Shown: positions 1 to 12,054 of the stretch, piece by piece
Position numbering within the stretch: the first letter of the stretch is position 1
Layout: each line of letters begins with the position of its first letter
NCBI GenBank assembly: GCA_964234715.1
Contig: OZ174275.1
Direction: 5' to 3' (one strand)
DNA length: 64,000 nucleotides
Source: Podarcis melisellensis
Taxonomy: Eukaryota
The notes under the pieces: model-generated
Seen by the model: the letters and a program-made list of their open reading frames with translations, nothing else
What the model was told of the DNA's origin: nothing
The model's database searches: none
Program-made: the position numbers and the translations under genes

Positions 1-1424
1 TTTCCGCAGCCACTCTGGGTGGCTCCCAATATTAAAAACACGATAAAACATCAAATATGCTGGACGGTGAAAAGTGCAGACTTTTAATCTGCATATACCT
101 TACTGTGCAGCAGCCCTCAAATATAGTAGATAGCTGTCCGTTATAACATAAAATGTACTCTCTGTGACAGTGCAACTATCTACTCTGCTTAGGTGTGCCA
201 AATGTAAGGATACCAAAACCAGCCTATTTCAGATCCATGCCACTTTCACATTGGTTCACTCACAGGGCCATTCCACTCCATTTCCAGATCTGAATGTGTA
301 TTTAAATATGCATTCTGAACATATTTGCTCTTGAGTTATGTATTTCTAGCAGAAGCGGCTTACTAGGTGGGCTGGATCCGCTATACTTACTTCCCACCAG
401 GCGGGTCGCTGTTTTTTTTCTGGGAGGGAAAGGGAGACGGAGAGGCAGCAAGGAGGTTGGTGTTGTGTCATATGCAATTTTGGCCTAAATTTGGACTCGA
501 ATGAAATAAATAGGCTTAAGGAATCGTAACTGTGTGCCGGACTGTGCTCACACTACAATATTGCATACCGAGTTGGCTTGCCCAGGATAATGAGTTTTCA
601 CACAGCTTGCAAACTAAATTCTTGTGGTACAAGCCATAACAAAATGGCTTGCAGCATCAGACAGTGAACCTGGAAAATGATCTCTTAGGATAACTTCCAA
701 GTGACCTTGTGATGGAGCTTATGTTATCGCTGTGCAATGTGACCCCTGATGGCCTTCTGTACTGTAAAGATATTTTAAGCAATTGCAGTCCAGGCCCTAT
801 CAGTGGTCACTGGCACATGTATGCTAGAGAAATGTTTTCCAGGGTTGAGTGTGTGGAAAACCTAATGGGGGAGAAGGTGTCATGATGGGGAAGGAACAGT
901 CTGAAGGAAAGAGATAGAAAGCAGGGACAGTACAGAGGCCCTCCACAGAATATTTCCATTGGAAAGCCAGTCCCCCCCCCCCAGTCCTTTTTGAGTTGTT
1001 TTTGTTCTCACAGGTAGGACTGAGGGGCCATTCATAACAATTTTCCTTGCAAAAATATAATATAAAGAGATTAGGCCTCATGGCAGTCACAGAGATCACA
1101 GGATAGATTTTCCTTTAAAACAATAACACAAGCAGACATATGTAAAAAGTTTTGCGCAGTCTTCCAGAAAGAAACGGCAGCCAATATATTTTTGTGATGT
1201 CTTTCTCGGGAGTGATATACACATCGCATAATACCTCCATTCTCAAAACAAATTGCTCATACCCCCTTTAAGGAATAATAAGCACAATGCAGTGAAAAAT
1301 AACTGACTGTTCAAAGCTTGCATGAATTCTCATGATTTCCAGAGACTTTGTACTTTGCGCATATATCATACCCTCCAACATTTCTCCAATGAAAACAGGG
1401 ACGTCCTATTCCATAACATTAAAA

Positions 1425-1735
1425 TTCTATTATTTATACCTCGCCCATCTGACTGGGGACTCAGCTACACTGGCAAAGGACAAAACACTTTATATGCATT
1501 GTTTATGCATTCTAACACTGTGACACCAGATGGTGCTGTGGAGTTACGTTTTTTGCTAACCCGATTTCTCTCACAAAGTTTGCAGCGCCTGAAACACTCC
1601 TTTGATGTGTCTAGAATCCAGCCTGGGTTGCCCCAGCCACTCTGAGCAGCCTCCAACATATATAAAAACATAATGAAACATTAAACATTTTTTTAAAACT
1701 TCCTTATACAGGGCTGCCTTCAGATGTCATCTAAA
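1425..1735 (-). mobile_element. L2-clade LINE 3' end, interrupted by a short insertion (approx. 1456-1622); another 3' end at 1-55
   Basis: Reverse complement of the L2 tail seen at 12300-12484 (gcccatctgactggg...ttgccccagccactctg...), split in two. Confidence 0.65.
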
Positions 1736-1910
1736 GTTGCCATATGTCCTCTTTTTCCAGGACATGCCCTCTTTTTCATGGGTAGAGTTGTCAAAGCAAT
1801 CTATAGTTAAAAGTAGCACTTGGCAAATGTGTCCTATTTTTTCTCTCTTCAAAATATGACAATCCTATTAACCCTCCAACATTTTCCCGATGAAAATAGG
1901 GATGACCTAC

Positions 1911-2046
1911 CATACCCTCCAACATTTTTCTGATGGAAATCGGGACATCCAAAGGAAAAGTGGGACCTTCTGGGATCAAATCTGAAACCAGGACGGCTTC
2001 TGTAAATCCAAAACTAAACCTGGAAAATACGGACACTTGGAGGGTC
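1911..2046. mobile_element. Non-autonomous DNA transposon with cataccctccaa / ttggagggt termini; related ends at 1367-1408, 1870-1910 and approx. 40090-40188
   Basis: Inverted termini and repeated cataccctccaacattt...gatgaaaa.aggga motif. Confidence 0.55.
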
Positions 2047-2051
2047 TACAC

Positions 2052-2373
2052 CAGGGGTCAGCAACCTTTTTCAGCCATGGGCCGGTCCACCATCCCTCAG
2101 ACCATGTGGGGGGCCAGACTGTATTTTGAAGGGAAGAAATGAACGAATTCCTATGCCCCACAAATAACCCAGAGATGCATTTTAAATAAAAGCACACATT
2201 CTACTCATGTAAAAACACCAGGCGGGCCCCACAAATAACCCAGAGATGCATTTTAAATAAGAGGACACATTCTACTCATGTAAAAACATGCTGATTCCTG
2301 GACCATCTGTGGGCCAGATTGAGAAGGCGATTGGGCCGGATCTGGCCCCCGGGCCTTAGGTAGCCTACTCCTG
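2052..2373. mobile_element. hAT-type MITE with internal approx. 71-bp tandem duplication
   Basis: CAGG...CCTG termini; perfect 8-bp TSD gtctacac (2044-2051, 2374-2381); unit gccccacaaataacccagag... at 2155 and 2226. Confidence 0.85.
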
Positions 2374-2437
2374 GTCTACACATATACAGGGATTTGCCAA
2401 AAGATGCACAGGACATGCCCCTGGATGAAATATACTG

Positions 2438-2658
2438 CAGTGGTTCCTCGGGTTAAGAACTTAATTTGTTCTGGAGGTCCATTCTTAACCTGAAACTGTT
2501 CTTAACCTGAAGCACCACTTTAGCTAATGGGGCGCTTCTGCCGCGCCGCCGGAGCACAATTTCTGTTCTCATCCTGAAGCCAAGTTCTTAACCCGAGGTA
2601 CTATTTCTGGGTGAGCGGAGTCTGTAACCTGAAGCGTCTGTAACCTGAGGTACCACTG
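2438..2658. mobile_element. Tc1/mariner (pogo/Tigger-like) MITE, copy 1 of 8
   Basis: TIR cagtggt(a)cctcgggtta; TA flank; internal gtaacctgaagcg repeats. Confidence 0.85.
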
Positions 2659-3846
2659 TATTTGTATGAATTGAAGCAACAGGATCATGGGCAATATCTT
2701 GGGAACTTAGTGATTCAATAAAATGTTCTGTCTTGCTCTCTCTTTCTCACAACTGGTTTTTCCTCCCCCCCCCCCCCAACAGACCTGCTTGTTGCTCTGG
2801 AGAGCAAATTGCCGAGACATGGAATATCGAGCAACAGCCTGTAAAAGTATTTACAGCGCCCTTTCCATTTGTACTAGTCTGAAATGTGTCTAGAGCCTGC
2901 CCTTGAGCGAATATACACGGTAACAAATGCTTCCATCTCTTACAGAGAATGGCCTTTAAAATCCTCTTGTGGACAAGCTAGCTATGGCTCCAAGATCCTT
3001 TTTTTTCTGGGTGAATCAATACCTAGGTCCTGTTTCAAAACCACATAAATGTCAGCGATAGACTTTGTGCGTGAAACGTAATGAATGGTAAGAGGAACAG
3101 CTGGCATTGGAAACGAATTGGCTGACTTGAAATATATTTATTGAATTCATAGGCTGTTCTGCCCAACAAGAGGAGAGCATAATGGCCAAGCGCGCCCATT
3201 TACCTATTGGCAAATAGCTTCCAATTAAAAAACAAATTGCTCATTGAGATTCAGTGTGCCAGAAGCTTAGAAACAAATTTATTAGCATAATTAGCAGCAT
3301 CAGAAAGAAATAGCACATTGGGAGCTTAAACGCTGATTTTACCAGCATAATATAACAATCATTGTCAATGCGGAATGGATAGCCTAGACTACTTTTTATT
3401 ATGGTGAATGTGTATTTTTTATTGTTTGATGAGGAATGCCTAAAACCGAAATAATCACAGGCCACTTTCATAACGTGGCTGGAGTCTAATGGTACTCAGT
3501 AGTCAGACAATATTTCATTGATCCATTTAGGACCAAGCTTCATGGGTGCTTTTTAAAGGGGGCCCTCTATCTGGTGATTGATGGATATGTAACCCATGCA
3601 CGGTCTTTGTTTTTCTGCCATCCTTTGCTGGCAATCTATACCAAGTTTTCTATGACTCTCTGGTAGACCTGGCCAAGTATTTATAAATAATTGCCTTAAC
3701 AGATGCCACAATTAAACGTGGAATTCACTGCTACAAAAATGTTTATGGGCAGTTGCATGGATGGTCTTAAGTAAACAACGATTTCATAAGATCATAGAAG
3801 TTATGTTTGTCAATGCCTACTAACTATGATAGCTAAATGTAACTTA

Positions 3847-4182
3847 CCATATATACTTGAGTATAAGCCGACTTTATCAGCACATTTTTTATGCTGAAAA
3901 AGCCCCCCTTGGCTTATACTTGAGTGAGGGTCCTTTTGGGCTGCTCCTCCCTCCTCCTCTGCCTTTGCCGCTGCCGGTGAGGAACGAGCAGCCCAAAAGC
4001 AGCCCTTTTGGGCTGCTTGTTCTTCCTCCGCCGCTGCCGCCGCTACCGCCGCTACCGCCACCACCACGTTTGTGGTGTGGTGAACCGGCTTATACTTGAG
4101 TCAATAAGTTTTCCCAGTTTTTTGTGCTAAAATTAGGTGCCTCCGCTTATATTCAGGTCGGCTTATACTCGAGTATATACGG
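3847..4182. mobile_element. Tc1/mariner-type MITE (ccgtatatactcgagtataagccgac TIR family)
   Basis: About 26-bp TIRs, TA TSD, internal duplicated ccttttgggctgct unit and (CCG)-rich tract. Confidence 0.8.
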
Positions 4183-5245
4183 TACATTTACAGAAGCAGT
4201 ATATCTCTTAATATCAAGCACTGGGGACAAACAACAGGGAAAGACCATCACCTTTGTGGCCTGCAAAGGTCTCCCCCATGAGTGGTCTGGAGGGTGGCAA
4301 CAAGAGAATGGGGACTTTTCTTCAGTGGCTCCCCATCTGTGGAAAGCTCTTCCCGAGGAGCCTCACCGGGCACCTTCATTACATATTTTTAGGCACCAGG
4401 CAAAAATGTTTCTCTTCAACCAGGCGTTGGGCTGATTAACATTTTATGGCCTTTGAAATGTATCTGCTGGAAGGAGTTTATTGTTTTGTTTTACTTTCAT
4501 TTGCTTTATTATGTATTTTGTGTTTTTATTTTGCATTCTTATGTCTCTGGCTTTTCAAAGTTAGAAACAGAATGCTGAACAAAATGGATTTTGATCTGCT
4601 CCAGTAAGGACCAGACCAAGAAGGACTGGAGTACAAATGTTCAGTGTTTTTAATAGAAATATTAAGCCTTCAGTCCCACTTACCTGGGAGAGTAAGTTCC
4701 TTTGAACTTGCTGGAGCTTACTTCTGAATGCACAGGACTTTGTTTTTGATTAGGTATTCTGTATCATTCAGCAGCCTTTTCATTCCATGGAAATTTACTT
4801 TTTGGAGGACAAACATTTTCGAACCAATGTGTTATCTACCACACATTATGGCCCTTCTCTACTTGACGCAAGCAAGCAAATTTATTCATTCATTCACTGG
4901 AGCTACCTGTGAAGGTTCTGTAATAATAAAGTACATTCTTTTCTGATTCCTCAACTAGGAAATGATAACAGAGATACAAAGGCCCTTGTAATGGGAACTC
5001 CCCTCTCTTTTAAAATACCTCTGATAATAAAGTCATCAGTCCTTCTGGCAGTGTGAGAAGATAGTTCTCTTTATGGATAATAGAAATAAATATTAAGATA
5101 TACAATATTAATTAAATAAAATTTAAAATGATATTAGATAAATATTAAGAAATAAAAATATCCCACTGGGGAGAAATACAGCAACTGATATAGAACATTT
5201 AGGAGTCTGGTCCTGGGTTGCTGAACAAGACAGGAAGCAGCCTGC

Positions 5246-5439
5246 TTGTTGTTGTGTTGTTGTTTAGTCGTTTAGTTGTGTCCGACTCTTCGTGACCCCA
5301 TGGACCAGAGCACGCCAGGCACTTCTGTCTTCCACTGCCTCTCGCAGTTTGGTCAGACTCATGTTTGTAGCTTCGAAGACACTATCCAACCATCTCGTCC
5401 TCTGTCGTCTCCTTCTCCTTGTGCCCTCCATCTTTCCCA
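5246..5439 (-). mobile_element. RTE-BovB LINE 3' fragment
   Basis: GKMEGTRRRRRQRTRWLDSV...AWRALVHGVTKSRT is the BovB C-terminus; (CAA)n tail. Confidence 0.9.
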
Positions 5440-5618
5440 TTCTGTTAGGCAATATGATACACCCAGTTCTCCCTGAGTGACTTCACTCTATGAATGATTC
5501 TAAAAGTTGGCACTGCCTGGAAGTGCATGAACCCATAAGCAAATCCCTTCAGCAAGCTGGAATCAGCTGGGAACACTCTTCCCCTCCTTCCTCCTGACTT
5601 TCTTTGGTTCCTCTTGGC

Positions 5619-5753
5619 CAGGCTTCCTCAAACTCGGCCCTCCAGATGTTTTTGGCCTACAACTCACATGATCCCTAGCTTGCAAGACAGTGGTCAGAGA
5701 TGCAGGAAATTGTAGTCTCAAAACACCTGGAGGGCCGACTTTGAGGAAGCCTG
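5619..5753. mobile_element. Palindromic hAT-type MITE; relatives at 9130-9236, approx. 20759-21199, approx. 22855-23235, 58592-58728
   Basis: Long TIR caggcttcctcaaa.tcggccctccag; perfect 8-bp TSD ctcttggc. Confidence 0.85.
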
Positions 5754-6020
5754 CTCTTGGCAGCCGCCATTCCATGGCCAATGCATATGCTCAGTCCTTA
5801 GTGGAATATTTTTGCTTCCCTTTATTTTTCTGCAATAAGTAAATGGCAGAAACATGGCAGTTGCCACAGCCAATGTGGGCAATTGAAGGCAAGGAGGAAG
5901 AAAATGGTGACGAGAAGCAGCAGTCAAGGGAGCAAACTCAGGGTTGGAGTTTTATTGAACCCTTGGTGGTCTTTGGAATAGTCAGGGCTTTTTTTCAGCC
6001 GGAACTTGCCAGAACTCAGT

Positions 6021-6390
6021 AGCAGTGACTACATTATTACCTGAGCACTGTTACACAGCATTTGATATTTTCATTTACATACATTCATTCGAAATAAGAT
6101 GAGTTTATGAAGCAATTTTATATCCTCCCACCATGCTGACGAAGAATTCTACGAAACAGTAGTCAATATCCGGAATAACTGTTTAGTGTTGGACATTATA
6201 TTTGCTGAATACACAAAGCTTCACAGCTTGTCTTTCGTCGTTCAAAGTCTGGTACCTCGCTTCATTTAAAGATTTTCAGAGACTTTGAGACTAAAGATTT
6301 CATTTTGGACTTGTTATGGTTTGAAGGAATTCTATAAAAGATTGTCTATTGCGTATGTACATAGTCATCATGTTGCCTAGACACTGCTGA
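6021..6390 (+). mobile_element. 370-bp insertion with 10-bp TSD and hammerhead-like core, possibly Penelope-like, nested in a hAT-like element (approx. 5982-6480)
   Basis: TSD agaactcagt at 6011-6020 and 6391-6400; CTGACGA...GAAAC...GTC at 6136-6164. Confidence 0.5.
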
Positions 6391-6671
6391 AGAACTCAGT
6401 TCTGGCACCTCTCAGGTGGGTGCCATTGCCATTATAAGAGAATGAGGGAGGCATTCGTGGTGAGTTCGGCACCTCTTTTTCTATAACTGTGGAATGTGGT
6501 CATCAGTGCTCATGTAAATCTTCAATATCTTCATCCCACCACCACTCATCCCCAAGATCTGATGGGGAGGCAAGGCTTAGTCCTCATCATGAGATCCAAA
6601 GGACAAGTGAAGCACCCATGAAACAGATGCTTCTGTTATCCAAAAAAGTTACCAGAGAAACCCCTAACGCT

Positions 6672-6774
6672 TGTTGTTGTTTAGTTGTTTAGTCGTGTCC
6701 GACTCTTCGTGACCCCATGGGCCAGAGCACGCCAGGCACTCCTGTCGTCCACTGCCTCCTGCAGTTTGGTCAAA
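6672..6774 (-). mobile_element. RTE-BovB LINE 3' fragment
   Basis: BovB 3' end; TSD ctaacgct (6664-6671, 6775-6782). Confidence 0.85.
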
Positions 6775-7606
6775 CTAACGCTAAGAATATACGTTTTGTT
6801 TCCAGTACATTTTAATGCCCCACAGATAACAATATTCAGAGAAAATATTTGTAGCAGCTTCACAGAACTCTGTATTTACTTGTTTTTGTTTACGCATGAT
6901 TCCTATTTCAAATGCTAATTATTAATTAGTGACCCTTTCTTCATTTCCCCCCCTGACAACTATTAATCTCTCTTTTTAATTAAGGAATAATAGTTCCATT
7001 ATTTTCTGAAATGTGTTTCTCAAAAGCTTTTCTTTTGAGGGCAGATTAACAGCCTATTCAGATGCAACCCATCACCGACACAGAGGATAACGGTGGGTGG
7101 TGTCTTGGGAGAAACCTGGAGATTATGATTCTGAGTTTAGCGCAATGATGAATTAGTGTTCTATTATTTCCTATTCTCAGCTCAGCCTCTATCAGGAGAA
7201 TTTCAGATTTTCCTATCTTCGGTTCTGATTACAGTCTGTATCAGGAGAATGAGTTATCCTGGACTTTAATTTGCCTATTACAGGTTCCTCATTTCATTAT
7301 ACATTCTTACTGATAGCAGCACCAAATGTAACAGCAGAAATTGGCACTCCATTCATCCATTGTCACGATAAAGATTCCAGATGAAAATAGCCAAACATAA
7401 ATCAGGTCTCTGGAAGACACTCTGAAGATTTTAAAATGAATAGAACATGCAGCATTTGTTACTCTTTATAGCAAAGACAGTAAAAGAACAGAAAGTGAAA
7501 GGACTTGTTCAGAGGCAAACTTACAAACTACTTTAATTTGAACAATGAATAAATTAGAGGGTGTTCCCTAACACCTTTCACTGTTGCAGGTATTACTGTA
7601 ACTAAA

Positions 7607-7816
7607 TGGAAAAGACCCTGATGTTGGGAAAGATGGAGGGCACAGGGAGAAGGGGACGACAGAGGACGAGATGGTTGGACAGTGTTCTCGAAGCTACCAG
7701 CATGAGTTTGACCGAACTGCGGGAGGCAGTGGAAGACAGGAGTGCCTGGCGTGCTCTGGTCCATGGGGTCACGAAGAGTCAGACATGACTAAATGACTAA
7801 AGAACAACAACAACAA
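7607..7816 (+). mobile_element. RTE-BovB LINE 3' fragment
   Basis: EKTLMLGKMEG...AWRALVHGVTKS followed by (CAA)n tail. Confidence 0.9.
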
Positions 7817-7896
7817 ATGCAAAGGAGGACAGAGCTTCTGTATCTTTAACCATTCTGAGCATATGATACAGATTTTAGATGTAGATGTTCTTCAGT

Positions 7897-8092
7897 TCCA
7901 GTTACAGATAGGTAGCCGTGTTGGTCTACCATAGTCAAAACAAAAAAATTCCTTCCAGTAGCACGTTAAAGACCAACTAAGTTAGTTCTTGGTATGATAT
8001 CTGAAGATATCTGAAGAAGTGTGCATGCACACGAAAGCTCATACCAAGAACTAACTTAGTTGGTCTTTAAGGTGCTACTGGAAGGAATTTTT
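7897..8092. mobile_element. Penelope-like element, inverted-arm insertion
   Basis: Antisense arm then sense arm containing hammerhead; 12-bp TSD atgttcttcagt (7885-7896, 8093-8104). Confidence 0.8.
8008..8043 (+). ncRNA. Minimal type I hammerhead ribozyme motif (Penelope-associated)
   Basis: TAT-CTGAAGA-A-GTGTGC-AT-GCACAC-GAAA-GC-TC^ATA: conserved core, stem II hairpin, palindromic AGCT in place of stem III, TAT/ATA stem I. Confidence 0.72.
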
Positions 8093-8189
8093 ATGTTCTT
8101 CAGTGTAAGTCACTTGGAGACCTACTTGTGACAAAGACAAGAGACTGTTTGTTGTCAACTGTTAATGACTGCACTTGGTCTTATAGGAA

Positions 8190-8424
8190 ACAGCAAGGGG
8201 CGAGATGGCTAAAAATAGCTTTATCATGTATAATGAGATAAGAATCCAATGTCTCTAATTCAGACCAGGTCTCTCCATGGTTTTAAGTTTGGTAATAAGT
8301 TGCAATTCAGTAACTTCTCTTTCCAGTCTGTTTCTGAAATTATTTTGTAATAAGGCAGCTACTTTGAGATCTTGTATAGAATGTCCTGGGAGACTGAAGT
8401 GTTCTCCTACTGGTTTCTCTGTCT
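8190..8424 (-). mobile_element. Penelope-like element fragment: C-terminus of GIY-YIG endonuclease domain plus 3' flank
   Basis: Minus strand reads TEKPVGEHFSLPGHSIQDLKVAALLQNNFRNRLEREVTELQLITKLKTMERPGLN then (frameshift) RDIGFLSHYT*, typical of the Penelope ORF end. Confidence 0.8.
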
Positions 8425-9534
8425 AGTTCGGCTTAGTTTATTGAATTTCTGAGTCACTTCCCGCAACAGACAAAGCAATTGCTTACTTGTGGCAGTCCAG
8501 GGGCCTAGCATGGGAGGGGTGTTACCGGGGTGATTGGCCTGGGCACAATTTTTTTTAGGGGTTCACCTCTGCAGCTGCCAGTCCAATTGAAGGTGCTTCC
8601 CTTCCTGCCTTACCTGAGCAGCATGCCAAGCAGTAGCCAGGAGAGGACGGACCCTGTCATCCCTCGGCTGTGTGGTGACCCCCGCTGGGAGGGGAGGCTG
8701 GCAAAGAGCGAGACTCGCGGTGGCAGCGGCACCCCAGTCGGAGGAGATGCACACACATGTCCTGCCACTGCTCCACGGCGTCACATGGAGACACCAGTTT
8801 GGGGGCGCAATACTTTACTTGCCCTGGACACTAGCAACCCATGCTACACCACTGCGGGAGCCTTCCACAAAAATCAGGTGCATGTTTTCTAATATACTGC
8901 AACTTATAAATATGGTAATGAGACATGCCACCTTTAAAAATAATAATAATAGTGGTGTTCTGGTTCACTCGCGCCAGAATCTTACAAAATGTAATTATAA
9001 CCAAGTCCCATTGAAAGCACTGAAATGAAACTTGTCCATGATTAACAAGTCCCATTGACTCCAATCTCTCTATTACATTTCATTGAATTGTTTTCCAGGT
9101 GAAGAAAACAACTCTATTGAGATCTAGAGCAGGCTTCCTCAACCTCGGCCCTCTGGGTGTTTTGAGACTACAATTCCCAGCATCCCCGACCACTGGTCCT
9201 GCTAGCTAGGGATCATGGGAGATGTAGGCCAAAAACAGGACCACCTGTTCCTCAGTGGGTGCCCTTCCTACTGAGGTTAGGTGAGTGGAAAGAGCACATC
9301 AGGCCTCCTATTGCTACCCCACGTCTGGGCGCCTAAGCCCTCCTCCCAGGAGTTTTCAGCACCAGGTGTAAACAGGTTTACATTCTTGGAAAAACCTAAC
9401 CAACAAATAAAATTTACTGGTGCAATTTTGAGCTCTGTTGACAACAAGACTTGCACATACAATGAAACAGGGTGCCGTCCATGGTGTTTTAAGAATTTAA
9501 TTTCTGATCAGTTCATGTTCTCTTCCCTTCTCAG

Positions 9535-9726
9535 CCTTTGGAAGAACAAGTCTGGGACCTGTTACGTGAAGCGGACAAGACTGCAGCTGAAGCCAAAGAT
9601 AAAAGCCAGGTGTATGATGCTATGGCAGAAACCATGGGAGATGCATGGGATTCTCTTGTTATTGTCCTGGAGAAGCGCAAGGCGCTTTTGGAGCTGACCT
9701 CTGATTTTTTTGAAAATGCGCTGGAG
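9535..9726 (+). CDS. CCDC141: CCDC141 coding exon (approx. exon 3), 192 nt, phase 0-0
   Basis: ttctcag|CCT...GAG|gttcgt; encodes PLEEQVWDLLREADKTAAEAKDKSQVYDAMAETMGDAWDSLVIVLEKRKALLELTSDFFENALE, closely matching the CCDC141 N-terminal region as I recall it. Confidence 0.93.
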
Positions 9727-11476
9727 GTTCGTATGTAGAAAAAAATAATTGTAAAATTATTATTTTTTAAGTAACATATACAACAATATATTTCAGTTTG
9801 TTTGGTTAAAAAAACAACAACGAAACACCATTCCAACTAACCCACAAAACACTGGGCTGGTATGCTAGACCTTGAAGCCCTTTGGTCAGATTCAGCAGAG
9901 CTCTTCTTACTTGCCCTGAGGGAGAATCACCACTGCTTGAACTTAAATAAGATTCCAAAGCACGATGAAATCCATGACTGTTTAGTGGTTTGTTTGTATT
10001 ATGGTGAGCTTGAAAGTGGGTCATTCTCTGTAACACTTAACTCTAAAGAAAAATCTTTTGCGGGGAGAATTCAAGCATGTGCCAGTAATTTAGGTTTACA
10101 CCGCTTAAAGTGGATTAAATTGCATCCTGTCGCCCTGGCAAGATAAATTCACTTGTTTGCTTTTTTAGAAAACAGTCTTTTTGCCATTAGGAAATTGATG
10201 AGGAACTTCATTGAGAAGTGTAGGATAGATGAATGCTTGACAGAAAGACACCCCACAAGCAAGTTACAATGAACGTTCAGTGTTGTGTACTTGCCCAACA
10301 AATAAATCAGAACGAATGCCAAAGATCAGACATAGTCAAATCTCTCCATAAGCTTTGTGGAAGCAAATCAGGATGAATGCTGAATAAACAGGTCATACCT
10401 TGTTTACAACATTCCATTACAATACAAAGAAATGTAAGATAAAATCAGGTGTGCTTCCGCTTCAGCTGAAAAGGGAACGATCAGGACAAAATCTGGAGTG
10501 AAAATATCTGGGGAAAGTATTCCAGTATTGTGGTATCTTACCTAAGGATAATCTAAACATATAGATGTTGTAAAATTAGATGGCTACAAAGGTTATTGAT
10601 GTGTTGGGATGACAGAGCCTCCAAATTCAGCTTGAGATGCTGCATCTTCTGAAAGTCTGTGACAATTTAGGGACGGGTGGTTCCTTTCTTTAAAAATACT
10701 CACTCCGCTTATTGAAATTACCCTAGATTCCTGGGTATTATTTAGGAGCCATTTCTGATTCCTTCTGTATTCCTTATATGTTTCACCTGTTTAGGAGTCT
10801 TCAAATTTGCCTTGATAATGCTAAATACTAGTTTTATTTATTTTTATAGTGACATCCCTGCGTATGGTTCTTTACAAATAATATTGTAAGGGGCTTACGA
10901 TCTACAAAACAGATTTGAAGAAGTAAGAGGTGGTACTGAGACTGGCACCGGACTTCAGGCCCCCTGGGCATGGTTCTAACAATGCGTCAGTAATGGATTT
11001 GGGGCAGTGCTTTTGAAAGGGAGCTAAACTTGGCTCCCATCCATGGTGGCCATCTGCTGCCTTACGTTACCCAAAATCCAGTGCCCTGACCCATAGATCT
11101 ATGCAAGCCATAGTCCTACTGAAACTACAGACGTATTAATACATTTCATAGATCAGTGGACCAGGGCATTACATTACGGGTAACTTAAAATGGCAGGTGG
11201 CCACTGCAGATGGGAGCTAAGCTGTTCAAAAGTGACCCTGTCTACTGAGAAGTGCCTACTAAGGGATTGTGGTCTGCTGCTTCTACTTGTGCTGGGGAAG
11301 GAGCAGTCCTGGCAAAGTAACAGAAGAAGGGAGAAAGCAATCTGAACTGAAGAAGAAAAGCATTTTTATCCCCTCCAGCATAATGCCATTTCCCTGCAAC
11401 CAGGCTGTGGGGAGGTTGGACACTGCATGCAAGGAAATGGGGCAGAAGAATGATTAAGCACTCCTCATGCTTTGCT

Positions 11477-11917
11477 GGTTTTCCCAGTAGTGATGTATGG
11501 CAGTAAGAGCTGGACCATAAAGAAGGCTGATCGCCAAAGAATTGATGCTTTTGAATTATGGTGCTGGAGGAGACTCTTGAGAGTCCCATGGACTGCAAGA
11601 AGATCAAACCTATCTATTCTGAAGGAAATCAGCCCTGAGTGCTCACTGGAAGGACAGATCGTGAAGCTGAGGCTCCAATACTTTGGCTACCTCATGAGAA
11701 GAGAAGACTCCCTGGAAAAGACCCTGATGCTGGGAAAGATGGAGGGCACAAGGAGAAGGGGATGACAGAGGACAAGATGGTTGGACAGTGTTCTCAAAGC
11801 TACCAACATGAGTCTGACCAGATTGTGGGAGGCAGTGGAAGACAGGAGTGCCTGGTGTGCTCTGGTCCATGGGGTCATGAAGAGTCTAAACATGACTAAA
11901 CAACTAAACAACAATGG
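11477..11917 (+). mobile_element. RTE-BovB LINE, 5'-truncated
   Basis: VFPVVMYGSKSWTIKKADRQRIDAFELWCWRRLLRVPWTARRSNLSILKEISPECSLEG...; 11-bp TSD catgctttgct (11466-11476, 11918-11928). Confidence 0.93.
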
Positions 11918-12054
11918 CATGCTTTGCTTATCCACTGCATGTTGCATCCTTTCCATGAAGAAGCTTCAGCAAAGATCCTGGCTTGTTTGATGCTGAAAAT
12001 GTACATTAGCCAGGTCTATCATTTCCCCCCTCTCCCTTAGTTATGCACACCAGC

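Noticed and set aside
3810-4099. Poly-Ala/poly-Pro ORFs (also poly-Leu 12352, poly-Ser 42799, poly-Asn 60354)
   Set aside because: Translations of microsatellites or MITE interiors.
1-9534. CCDC141 exons 1-2 or promoter
   Set aside because: No matching peptide or promoter-like CpG island found; they presumably lie upstream of the window.
9727-9736. Alternative donor GTATGT 4 nt downstream of exon 3 donor
   Set aside because: Common tandem-donor pattern, frameshifting, with no further support.
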